Origin: Saccostrea echinata
Lineage: Eukaryota
Direction: 5' to 3'
Assembly: GCF_033153115.1 (NCBI RefSeq)
Contig: NW_026889805.1
Span: 15,314,001-15,378,000 of the forward strand
Length of the DNA: 64,000 bases
Positions 25,104 through 38,400 of this stretch are shown piece by piece (the stretch's first letter is position 1; the number at the start of each line of letters is the position of its first letter). The notes beneath the pieces are model-generated. The model was not told the origin of the DNA, did no database searches, and worked only from the letters and a program-made list of their open reading frames with translations. The translations under genes were made by a program, and so were the position numbers.

Positions 25104-28039
25104 TTCAGCATTTGAATTTTTTTAATTAAAAAAACAATTCACGGTTTGTTTTTTTTTTTTCTCATTTTAGATTGAATTATTATTCCTTTACTGTATGACA
25201 GGTACTATTGGCAGGGCACCACAAATTGATATTATCTTTCTGTTAAGAACAAAGTTACGATTACGCAAGAAAAAAAAACCCATTGTATTACGGCATTTAC
25301 GGTTCCGCATATATGTTACCTGGATTTCTGGCACACAGGTAAAGAATTATAAATTAAACATGCCTATCAATAAAATAAAACTGTGCAACATGAATGATAA
25401 AATAACACATACTGATAAAATAACACATACTGATGAAATAACACATACTGATGAAAAAAAAATAGCACTCCGTAGCACTACATAAAAATGAAGCATGAAA
25501 GTTAATATGGTAGTGCATAAAATATCGATTCTTACTTTTTGACTATCAATACAAAATGGCACCCTAGCTGTAGCATTTCATAAAGTGTTCTATATGCTAC
25601 TGTAACAACTTCCGTCGGGTATAAATGGTGCCAGAACATCTTACATGTCTGTTTGTACACCTAATCTGTAATCGACAGTCCTTTAAAATTCAATCATGGT
25701 AACTTCTTGATTCGTATATTTTGCAAATTCTTTATAAAGAAGTCAAGTTGAGTCTTTGTTAATTTGGTGCTGTCAGGGACCACAGGTAAACTGTGGGAGG
25801 TCAGTATCAATAGCAATACATTTATATTACTTTGTCAAAACCTAACAAAACATTTTGCGGAAACGTAAAATGAGATTGTTAAAAATTTGTGAAAATGTAA
25901 TACGCCCCTATGTAAAAAAAAATTTGATTACATTAAGCCTCACTCTGATACCTGGGAGCCAAGGTATATGAATTCTACAATTTTTGTAGAGGACAAGCTG
26001 CTTATAATAATTGTGCACACAATATGTTTGCTAAATGTTTATGTGAACTATGAAGATTTTCAAACATGTAATGTACTTTCAATGAATTACCAACTTTGCC
26101 CAACCTGGGGTCTGAACGCTTGACAAGCTGGGAAGGGGGCATGAATTTTACAATTTCTAAGGTCACCAATATACCCCAATTCTCCAAGCACGGGAAAAAA
26201 TTGAAAGATTCAATCCGGATTTGGAGAGAATAAGATTTGTCATCGGAAGGCATAACAACGTTATAAACAAAGTTATAATGGTTTAAACGAACTGTACAAA
26301 GTTCTATTATCCAGAAAATTAAATGGTTAGTCTAGTCTCTAAACTGAAGACAAAGAGGTATTCGTCTGAATACATGTAATTTAAAGAATTTGTAAACAGC
26401 AATTTAAAAAAGGTCGCGAAGGAGTTCATAACAGATCAAGTATTGTGGCACCCTATAAAAATATGAAATATTCAAGACATACTGTTGAAAATATGGAAAG
26501 CGAAAAGTCAAAGCTATTGGCATTTTATGAATGTATGCATATATTTTCTTCAAGTAAATAAATATCAGAAAATTATCAGTACTGTAATTCACAAGGAATG
26601 TGACATTTATATTCCAAGTCCATATTTTATACCAATAATATGCGTTTGTGTGTGTTTAATATCTTATCATTGTTTGTAGTGAAATTATTGACTGTGACTG
26701 ATTAATGAACTTCAAGTCTATATTAAGCTTATAAACATGTTCACAGTAAACTCGTAATCCGGTTATACACGCCACTTGTTCTTTTACCGTCACCCGAGTG
26801 CGTTGTTCGTAAACTATTAATCATTTTCATTTCTCTAAATTGGCCGAAACAGTTTCATTAGTTTTAGATTTGAGTATCTCTGGATAAAGAGAAATTAAAA
26901 AAATGAATTTCATGGGCCTAAGGAGTTGGAACGAAACCATCAAAATGTATGGATTCTTTAAAGATATTCCTCTACACTCCTGTAATCAAGCAGGCAAACT
27001 GTCTGCATTAGAATAAAGAGCAGTTAGTCTTTACCAAATAAGTAAAAATCACCACCCCCTGGCTCCAGGGTCAAGTCCACACAGGATGTTGCAGGTCCGA
27101 GGTCCGAGTGTAGGGCTAAGACGGTCAAGTATTGAACATTTATTGTTCAGAGTACCTTTGAAAATCTTCCTATAAAAGCTCTAAGCCTTTTAACAAAATA
27201 CAATATTTGTGGGGCCAAGTCTCCGGGGTGAGTCCATGATTCCACATTTCTGTGTTCAGTGTGCCATCGTTGAGTAGAGCATGGAACCGAGTCAAGAATC
27301 AAAAACAAAATAGTTCAAAAACAAATTCGAAAAATAATTGAAAAACAAATTCGACAGCTTTCAACTTAAAAAAAAAAGTTTTGAAAAAAATAACTCCCTC
27401 CTCCCCCGCCGATGTTTGCAACCTTGGTTTGCTTTACAAATAGCCATTCATTCTAACAGCATAATATGGAAAGGTTGCTTAATTTGTGTTTGAAGTGGAT
27501 AATTGACTTAAAAGAAAACCAGTGGAAAAGTGTAGATAAATATTAAGGAAATGCATATATTTGTGCAGAAATGAATTGCAAAGAAAGAAATTAACTAGGG
27601 GTGACAAATGAATACAGAATAACTGATCGGTTAACCGCAAGACGTTCCGACCGGTTAACCGTATCAAAGTACGCATTTTCTTGACGTTTTTTTTTCTACA
27701 AGTGAGCTGTATAACGCAAGAAGACTGTTAGTAGTATTCCGTGTTTGATCATAACAGTATAAAATATTATATTCCTATTTCTATGAACAAGGACCACAAT
27801 ATGAAAACCGTGAAACAAACTTGAGATATCAGAGATATTAATAATTTTTAGACCAGATATCACACGAGTTCATTCTGCATTGTCACCATAATCAGATCTT
27901 AGTCTGATCTATTGCTTAATTAAATATCATTGCATAAAGTTTGCATTGTAGCATTTAAAAAAAATAATTTTTATAAAAGTGGTCAATCATAGAAAATTGG
28001 TTTAAAAAAAGACAATTTTTATTACATGAAGGTCAAAGG

Positions 28040-28600
28040 TTAGAGATTCTAAAGAAGAATAACCCCAAGCAATTTTTTTGCAAAATTTTAACGAAAATCC
28101 AACTTGAGGTCTAATGCAACATTGAGTGAGTTTTTGAAAATTTTAAATCATTTTCACACTAGAATATTAATAATGAATTTTTCAATGATGTTGATGAATG
28201 TATTTTTGAAGAAATGAATAAAGATATTGATATTAATAAAACTAAAATTGTTATTAAAAATTTAAAAAGAGGCAAATCTCATGAGGAAGATTTTATACCC
28301 AATAAATATTTCATTGAATTTGAAGAATATTTTGTGCCCATTCTGCATACTTTTTAAATGTATTCAACATAAAGGGTTTCTCCCTGAATTTTGGTCAACG
28401 GTAATTGTACGTGTTTAAAAAGGGATATAATTCTGACCCTGATAAATAGAGGAACCAGTCTGGTCAGCAACCTATGTTAACATTGTATCTCTGTTCTAAA
28501 CAATATTAATGGTCAGAATGTAATAATGTTAATGACGCTCAGTTTGGTTTTAAATCAACTTGTAAGACTAGTGTTGCCATTTTCGTTCTATTCTTTAATT
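28040..28600 (+). mobile_element. Highly degenerate LINE reverse transcriptase fragment (RTE/RTEX-like)
   Basis: Broken frames give IKNLKRGKSHEEDFIPNKYF, GFLPEFWS, VFKKG..SDPD..R..SLVSNL and NDAQFGFKS, typical of non-LTR RT domains 0-2. Confidence 0.7.
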
Positions 28601-29315
28601 AATATCTCATTTACAAAGAACGAAACAACTTATGATTAGATAAATAACTGTAAAGGATAGAGAGGATAAAGTATATAATAAAATACAGTACTCGACGTCG
28701 ATTTATTGAATAAAATACTGTATAGACTGGTTAACGACATGATGGTGTTTAAAAAATAAACCGACCAATTACCCCCGTGATCTCATCCAGAGAGCCTTAA
28801 GCCATAACACATACAAAAAAAAAAGGATCAGGGTTTTTTAAAATTAAATTTGAAAGAAATTATTTTCAAATTTACACGTATTTTATTTTTTTTCCCGACT
28901 AACCGATAACAGATTTTCTTGTAAGGTTATAATGTTGTTTCCCCTCTTTTTCTTCAGATTCAAATGCACATACGAACCACAGTGCTGATAATTGTACTCC
29001 TGGAAATATATCAGCGTACAAGTAAGTAAAATTTCTCGATATTTTTCAATTCTTTTCGTTTCGCCTGGTAAATTAGCAAACAAAAATCAATAACTCAATG
29101 TCTGTCTAATTATTATGTCTTAACATTTAAATCTATTATTGTTTTTGAAAATTATACGAATTTTCACCTTTCGAACTTGGTCACGGAAATGTTTTTCAAG
29201 AACATTTGATATTCGGCTGAGGCGCCGTATTTTTTGTATCAAAATTCTTTGTTACACCGGATTCATTTTTGAGAGGATGAAAAAAAACTTTATTTAACTC
29301 AATAAAGCTAGATGA

Positions 29316-30045
29316 TTTTCTCGTTATAACTAGATAATAATCTTGTTGTAAAGAGATAGTTATCTCCTTTTAACGAGTTAGTTATCTCGTTATAACTACT
29401 TAGCACCTCGATATAAGTAGTTTGTTATCTCGTTATAACGAGATAATAATTTTTCTTCAGAGTTGATACCTCTTAGTAAAGAATGCAAGTATTGGAAATA
29501 AACTGAGTCGAGGCGATAAAATTTGTTTATAGTGTGCATAAAAAATTACTAACTCGTAATAACGAGATAACTAACTCGTTTTTACGAGATACAAACTCGT
29601 TAAAGCGAGATAACTAACTCGTTATGGTTAACTTGTTATAATCATGAATGAGATAACTGACTCTATATTTAAGGAATAACTGTCTAATTTTTTGGATTCA
29701 TGATGTGATCAATCGAGTGGCTTGCGTGATATGCCGAAGGCGTTTATGCATAAAATTATCACGCAAGCCAATCGACTGATCATCGTCATGAATCCAAAAA
29801 ATCTGACAGTTATTCCTTATATTTACATGCTCCTGATTCTGCAAATTCCCGTGCTAATAGCCCCGCTTCTGTCTCTATTTGTCCCGCCCCGCACGTGATT
29901 CTTTTTTAACCGCGCCTATCGATGAACCAGTAGATTTATGTAGAAATAAAGTATTTTTACAATTTGTAATTTTATCTCGGACAAAGACATTGGAAATGTA
30001 AATATAACGAGATACTACCTGTAACTCGTTATATCGAGATAACCA
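29316..30045. mobile_element. MITE-like element of ~22-bp palindromic repeats (TTATCTCGTTATAACGAG), interrupted by a hairpin element
   Basis: Two inverted clusters of tctcgttataac(g)ag units (29316-29450 and 29546-30045). Confidence 0.6.
29664..30006. mobile_element. Palindromic non-autonomous element with a T-shaped hairpin (possibly Crypton-derived)
   Basis: ~60-bp inverted arms at 29670-29819 enclose two mini-hairpins; the end motif tgtaaatataa recurs at ~29997; inserted at TATA within the host repeat. The family assignment is tentative. Confidence 0.65.
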
Positions 30046-31067
30046 TCGAATTAATTTTGTTTACCTTGTCAGAAATGATCCTCTCCGGCTTATCATTCGA
30101 ATAATTGATATTACATGTAGCGATATAAAAATTTCACAAGTTCTGGGGGTATATAGGAATCAACTTGTCCATCTGTCTGTCTATGCAATCGTATCAGGAC
30201 CATAACTTTGTAATAAGGAATTATTGGAAATCCATACTTGACACAAAGATTGCTTTTTACCTGAGGGTGTGCCATTACCTTGATTTAATGTCTTTTAGGA
30301 ATGATCTCGGCCACTGACTGAAAAAAGTGTATAAATTTTGTCTTGAGAAAAAATTATTGGAATTTCATACTCGACACAAAAATATACATGACCTGTTTGT
30401 CAAGACCTCTACCCAAGGTCATATGGGTAAGTTCAAAGTCACCAGTATTTTGTGTCTGGTCCATGACTATGTAATAGAAAAACAGTGGATGCAGCAATTT
30501 AAAAAAATGTTGTATAGATATCACTTTGTGAGATTGCTCATGGTACTTTTTGTTCGAATATTTGATTTTACCTTCGTGTATTTGAATAGGTATAGTAGTT
30601 TCCCCAATTATCAAAAGATGAAAATGACTTGAAAAAAAAACAGGGATTGCAAAATGCTAATTGCCTTATTTGTATTCAGTGACAAATAACAATAATAAAT
30701 CGACATATTAATTTTATTTGGCTGAATTGGCCACGACCCCTCAAATAAGGCAGCCGAGACGTAAAATGGTGTCCCTAAAAATGCAAGTGAACCCAGGCCC
30801 ACAGAACGCAGGGGAGCCCCCCTTTTTCTGAGTATATAATATTTTGCTATAGTAAATTTTCCTTAAGATGCTGGTCCCCACTTTTTTAATGATGTAGTTA
30901 GCTACAAAAACATTCACACTCTGAAAGAATACGATACAAATAAATAAATGGATATAATCCTAAGTGATTAAATCCCATTAATTTAAAATATTGATTACAA
31001 CAAAAAATTATTGATTACAACATCACAAACAAAAAATTATTGATTACAACATCACAAACAGGAACAA

Positions 31068-31478
31068 GTGTCATCACTTACTAGAATACGTGATATAACT
31101 AATATGTATCATCACTTACTAGAATACGTGATATAACTAATAAGAATCATTACTTACTTAAATACGTGATATAACTAAAAAGTATCATCACTTACTAGAA
31201 TACGTGATATAACTAATAAGTATCATCACTTACTAGAATACGTGTTATAACTAATAAGTATCATAGAATACGTGATATAACTAATAATATCATCACTTAC
31301 TAGAATATGTGATATAACTAATAAGTATCACCAATTAATAGAATACATGATATAACTAATAAGTATCACCACTTACTAGAATACAAGATATAACTAATAA
31401 GTATCATCACTTATTAAAATACGTGATATAACTAATAAGTATCATCACTTACTAGAATATGTGATATAACTGATAAGT
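31068..31478. repeat. 38-bp minisatellite (TATCATCACTTACTAGAATACGTGATATAACTAATAAG)
   Basis: About 11 units, period 38. Confidence 0.95.
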
Positions 31479-31659
31479 GATGCCTCGTATTGAAAATAAA
31501 TTAGTGATATTCAGTATTCGAATAGATAAATTTCCGGTGCAACTTGTTAATCGCAAACATTACATAATTATTAAATTCTACAATCAGACAGAATATATAA
31601 TACAAAGCATTAAATACAGAATGTTTGTGTAATATGGAAATGAAATGTATGGAGATAAT

Positions 31660-32434
31660 GAACAGTATTCAAGCTCAAAAGTCCATTAAACAGTACAAAT
31701 TTTGGAGCAGAGCAAACATGGACCTCTAAAACATCAGAGGTGGGATCAGGTGCCATGGAGGAGTGAGCATCCCCTGCCTACCGGTCACACCCGCCGTGTG
31801 CTCCTTGTCATGATCGGGTAATAACGGAAAAATCCGTTGACAATTCAGTGTGTAAATAATGGCCTACAATCAGTATGAAAAACGTCAGTCAGCATTTGAC
31901 TTAATGATAAATTGTATTTGTTGACGACATTAAACGAGACTGCTGATATTCATGTTTCATCAACTTCTTTGTCAATAACTTACCTCGTTTTAGGAATTGT
32001 TCATACGTAGAGCATGCTCTTGTGTATCGAATCAACTGAGAGATATAAACCCCATTTGCAGGGGATGAAGGTATATTGCTGCATAAGTGAGGGAAGTTGA
32101 TGATTGAAAAGTTAAAGTCATCACGTTTATCATAAACTTGGTTGTTAGATTACCATTAACGTCTTTTTCAAGTAAAATGTCCAAATATGAAACAGATGTG
32201 TCAGACTCTGTGGTATCTTTTATTTCAAGCTCACTGGGATATATCGTATCGACCTACGAATGGAAATAACCATTGTTAAATGACAGTACGTCGTCTATAT
32301 ATCTAAATGTCGAGTTGAAGGTCACAGCAAGTCTTTTCTTCTTTTCACATACAAGATTTTGAACAAATTCTGCTTCATATGAATACAAAAATAGGTCTGC
32401 TATTAACGGGGCGCAATTGGTACCCATGGGTACC
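31660..32434 (-). mobile_element. Penelope-like retroelement copy 3, 3' part
   Basis: PMGTNCAPLIADLFLYSYEAEFVQ, TFRYIDDVLS, YDKRDDFNFSIINFPHLCSNIP and the intact 3' structured element. Confidence 0.85.
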
Positions 32435-32493
32435 ATCGCTAAAAATTATATCCTATCTCCCTGGGAAGGTGTTGGAGAGGAGTAAGGGCCTCC

Positions 32494-35400
32494 ATGTGTT
32501 TTGTTCCATTGTCTGTAGTCTGGGTTGTGCATATGTTAGGTACAGATATTTAAAGTTAATTTTTAATTTTTTGCACTGTTTATAATACCAAATACATGTA
32601 CCTCATACTTCTAACAAGCTGCTGCCTGGATGGACTTTTTGACATAAATGTTGGGGTAAAATTGAAATGAACTAGTAAAATTTGCATACCCCTATTTCAT
32701 AAACCTTTTTTATTCTAACAACATCCAAAGAGACACATTGAATTGGTAAAAGAAAAAAAATAGTCCTACAACATGTGCTAGTTAAATCTGTCGTAACAGG
32801 AAAGAATGGTCTCTTAAGTGTGTTGGAATGCTTGGCAGACTCCATCCTCCAACACACAACAACTCCTTTATTCATTTGCACAGAAAATAGGTAAATGTAC
32901 GGAAGCCCATTTAGAACCTATCAAAAAATATTTCTGAATTCGATATAACGAATTGTCGAATTTGTTATAGAGAATTTAATTCGTTATAACAGTTTCTTTG
33001 AATTCGTTCTAATGAATTAAATCTGTTAAAACAAATTTGTTGAATTCGATATAACGAATTCAAAAATTTGTAATAACGAATTAAATTCGTTAAAACAAAT
33101 TCTAAAACTTATTATAACGAATTAAATTCGTTTAAACGAATACTCTAATTTGTTATAACGATTTAAATTCGTTAATATAAATTCGCACAAATCGTTATAT
33201 CGAATTAATACAAATTTTTCTATAGGCCCTGGTTGTTGAATCTGATTTAACGAATTTAACAATAGATATCTTTTCAAAATCCCTGGTAATGTATCCTGAT
33301 TTTTTTGTCTACGAACATCTGATGGCACTATTATCTTAAATTAAGAATATCTTGAAAAATTATCAGTAGGTAAGGTACGTTGTGTATGTCTTTAATTTTG
33401 ATTAACTTTAACTTTAATTTATCGTGGGGAATGTTTGCATAAAGTGTTGAAAAGTCGTACGTTTTGATGTTATTGAATTTGTTAAAATTTTATGATTTCA
33501 AATTTTCTAAAAGTTCTTTGGAGTTTTTAAGTATCCACGTCTGATTTACACCACTTCTTGAATATACTGTAGTACAGTACTTCTTAAGTTTCTCCTTTAA
33601 ATACTATAAATATTTTAGTGAGAAAGAGGCAAACGTTTTCTGGTGATCATTCTGTAGTTTCGATGCATTCTTACGTTGTTATTACACATGGAATCCGGAT
33701 TACTATCGCACCATCTGAATCCCATAATCGTATGAGACATTTGTGGTTTTTCAACAATTAAGTTTATTAAAATATATTTGCTGATTAAATACAAGTCTTC
33801 TCCTTATTTATTCAGGTGTAGAGGCATCATGCAGCAACTCATCAGATGTTCTTGACGTAACCGCCACGTCTGCTGCAAGGAGAATTTTTTTCCCAATAAC
33901 GAACGCACCGTCTTCCACGTAAGATATTTAAAATGATAAAATAATAGTGCTTTCATGTCCTGATTTAAAACAAATATATTTTGATCACTATTTAAAACTC
34001 GAAGACTTTCTTTTTTTCGTATTAATATACATGTAGTTTAAGATTCAATATGAAGAGATTGAAAGATTGTACGTTATAGTGTATGTGTTATTAAGGTTCA
34101 TTGATACTCTGAGAAGAGAGATAACTCTTAATTACATAAATGCCTATTATTCCTTTATAGATTTGTCAAGTTGAAATGTCTTATTTGTTTAATTCTACCC
34201 CGCAAGCTGTGATAGAAACGTTTGTATTTAAAATACATTTCTTTAGGAAAATCATAAAAGTTAAAGCTACATTTTGAGTGGGCAGAGGGTTTATGAACCT
34301 TAACACTTTCTTCCATCAGGTACGACATTTGTTATGACTGGAGGATCACGGGACAGCCAGGGGAGATGATGGAGCTCTATCTAGTGAGAACCATTCAATA
34401 TGACCAGCCGTGTACCGTGGGAAAGTCCTGTCTCCTCATTTATGACGGTAATAAGCAGTTACACCGTTTTACGCAATGTGACGATTTGAAGGTGGTTTCA
34501 TAAGGCACTCGTATATGTCAAATCCAGTCCTATATATAAATCTTACATTCAAATTATTAGTTTTTAGCCATAAAGAATTTTGGGATTAAAGAGATTCAAG
34601 GTTGTTCAAATGAAGGTCTTGACCTGATCAGAAGGAAATATTCTTGAATACTTCAAATAACGTTGGGTTGTGAAAAAAAATCATCTTTTCGACAATCACA
34701 GTGTCAGGGTAGTCTGAAATTAAATAAATTCTTTCAATATATGCATGGTGTACTTTCTTTGTTCAAACCATGGTCACTGGGATCAAGGCTGCAGTTATCT
34801 GTAAGCGTATCCACGTGAAGTTTGTAATTTGGTCTCAATGGTCAGAATAATCTACAGGAAGAAACCAGATTAAGAAGGAATAGTAGGAAAATTGGTCATT
34901 TGTATAATCAGTAAGGTAGCTTGTAGTCAAGAATATTGGAATTTTTCATCTATTATGAAACTGCGAAAAAAAGAATAATAACCGTTTCCGAGTACAGTTC
35001 AAAAGTGTTCTCAAGCTGGAATTTAGTATACATATCTTGATTTTAACTGATTATTATGGGAAGATTATGATGTTTGGCTTAGAATGATGTTAGGTATTGT
35101 TTTACAGGATATAATTTCTCAGCAATGTTTGGCTTCCGGAAGATGAGGGAGGAGGACGGAAATGTAACGGAGGCCCTGCGCTTGGCATATCCGATCCACC
35201 AGCATGTGTTCATCCGGTTTTACACGTATGAAAATAGCGGCTTCGTCATTCAACACAGATCCAGAAATGATATAGGTTTCATTCTTTGGATTTCCTAAAA
35301 ATTAAGATATGGTTTACGGTGTGTCTGTTGGGGCGAGCGTAGTTGTACCATCAAAAACCTATACACAGCTTACACTTGAAACTTTGATCCGCCTTTTTAA

Positions 35401-38400
35401 ACTTCAAACAGCACGATCCACAGCACTCGGCACACCTCGGCCAATTCGTACCACTCGGCACACCTCGGCCAATTCGTACCTCATCAAACCTCGGCTGTAT
35501 CACGTAAACCTCCATTGAACCGGAGCTACTTTATACCCAATATGGCTGCGCCCTACATATACACGTGCACAGTGTGCTGAATTCGATCCGTTAACAAACA
35601 TGTGATTATGTAAAGATACTAAGTGCATTTTTCTCGGTAAGTGTTTTTCTTAGTGTTACCTAAATGCTTTTGAAAATTTTTGTCGCATATCAGATGCATG
35701 TTTATTATCGTTTTCAAAGCGTTACGTTTTCCCTAAGCGGTAAACAGGCAGCCTTATCACAAGTGTTAAGCGGAGACGCATATCAAGTTTCCTCGTACAG
35801 CCGAGGTTTGATGAAGGTGACGGAATCAGCCGAGGTTTGCCGAATGGATCCACAGTTTAGACTGTGACGTCGCATGACGTCGTATATTAGTTGCATTTCT
35901 ATAAAGGGAGTCTAAATGCAGTTTTTTAACGAAAGGCGTGCAGTTATTTTTTATTTCTTTTAAGCTCTCCACAAGAACTAAAATTTTACGATAACTGCGG
36001 GTCTGATATATTGCCATTATCACATGGAATCATGGTAGCAAAAGAATTCGTGGAAGGTTTCAAACAAAAGTTTGCCTGACGAATGTTTGCGTTTCATTCC
36101 GGGTGGGGCTAAAACATCAAAATTAATGCAATTTTCAAAAATCTTCTTTACTCCTAGATTTCAAGCAGTCATACTATTGGCATGATTGTAATAAGCATTG
36201 AGCCCTCTACCAAAATTGCGAAATTCATGGCTTCAAGGTCAGGGGTTCTGTAGTTAGGGTGGGGCTCTGTTGATTATATACTGGAAATGCATAAACTCTT
36301 TAAAAATCTTCTCTCCTCCCCTTGTGATTATGATCGGAAAGAGTGTTTTCAGACTTGTGAAATTCATGGACCTTGTGTCAGGGGACTGGTGTTTGGGCAG
36401 GGCTCTATCTATTGATTAATTATATAGTGAATATGCATCAAGTAAACAAGTGCATGGTTATGATGAACAAGGATCCCTCTTTCAAAGTTGTGAATTTCAT
36501 GGTCCCTGAGTCAGGTGCTTTGGTTCTTGGCAAGGCTCTATTGATTAAATAATGAAAATGCATTATTTCTAAGAGAATCCTCTCTGCTCCTCTGTTTCTT
36601 CCTGTATTAAGCAAGCAAATTAAGTGCATTGTTATGATGAACAAGGGTGCCTCTTCCGAAATTTTGAATTTGATAGCCCCTGACTCAGGTGTTCTGGTTT
36701 TAGGGCGCGGCTCTATTGACCATATAGTGAAGATGCATTAATTCTTTGAAAAGTTTCTTCCCTGTCCCTGGCTATTTAGCAGACAAATTAATTGCATGAT
36801 TATCAAGGTTCGACATTTACGCTTGTCCGATACCAGTGAAAAAAAATTACGGACAATTGAATATTGCTGAGAACTTGTCCGACTGGACAAGTGCATTTTA
36901 ATGTAAATAAGTCTCCAAATAATGAAAAGAACGACTTTTGAAATTTTATCGGTAGTTTAAAGACCGAAGCAGTATATAAAAACCGAACTTCTATCCCGAT
37001 ATGGATCGCTATGTACTTGAGTTCATACTCGATCGGAATCGAAGTTCACTAATTGTATACTACTGCGAAGGCATGGAACTTATGAAGATTGGATTCTGTT
37101 TGATGTTGACAGTTTCACTTGTTAACATTTATGTTTTGTCAGGACAAAAAGTCTGTATAAAATTTGTGTGTTTGTTGTTTTTATCAATAACATCACGAAT
37201 CAATCAAGCATATGTAATGGACTTTATTTTAGTTTTCAAGTTGACAGTATTAGATCTTTATTGAAAAACATTTGGACAAGTGAAGTTGAAGTTCAGACAA
37301 GTTAATGTCTTGGTTACTTGTCTGAATGAACAAGGAAGAAAAAAGTCAATGTAGAGACCTTTTTAAAATGAGCAGATGCCTCTTTCAAAGTTTTTTTAAC
37401 GGGATTTCAGTACTACCTGTGAGTCAATTGTTCGTGTGAAGTAGGTAAAAAGATTTCTTATCAAAACAAAATAACAAAATTCATGGCCTCAGGGTTAGGG
37501 GTTCTAGTGCAATGGTGAGACTCTATTGATCATAAAGTGAAAATGCATTGTTTATTTCAAAAACGTCTTTTTTTCTCTGTATATATATTAAGCAGACAGA
37601 CTAATTGTATGGTTATGATGAGCAAGGGTATCCCTTTCAAATGCAAACAAACTAAATACATAGTTATAATGAACAAGGGTGTCTCTTCCAAATGTGTGAA
37701 ATCCCTGGGTCCCATGGTCAGGGGTTCTGGTATTAGGATAAGGCTCTTCTGATCAAATAATGAAAATGCATTATTTTTTGAAAATTTCTACACCTGGGTA
37801 TTTAGCAGATAAACTAAGTGCATAATTATGATGAGTAAGGGTTCCTCCATCAAAATTGTGAAATTCCTGGCCCCTAGGTGTTAGGGTGGGATTCTGTTGA
37901 TTATTTAGTGAACATGCATTAATTCTTTGAAAATATTCTCTGCTCAGGGTTGTATTACACTCAGGCCATTAAGGCCCTTGGGCCTCTTGTTATGATTAGT
38001 AGATGTGTCATGATCCTAAATTAAGGTCATTTGGACAAGGTCAGAGGAACTGCTGGTGTAAATTCTTGTCACGGTGTTGATCATGTCTTTGTACTACAAG
38101 GAGAGAGTAATAATTGTTGCTTATGATCAGATCTTAAAAAACGTGCTTTTTTAATTGTTTTATGACTTATGATTGTAGAATTTGGTATATTGTTATTTCG
38201 CGTAAAGTGCAGAACATGTTATAATGAGAATTCGGAAAGTTTCTGACCTCCTCATAACCCGACAGTTACCTCACAAAATGAAAAGAAAAGAAACTCAAGT
38301 TATTTTGAAAGATAACCAAATATATACGTGACTTAGATACACAAAGAAACGTTTGAAATTATTTGGACAATGTAACTTACATAATTCTGTTCTATATGAT

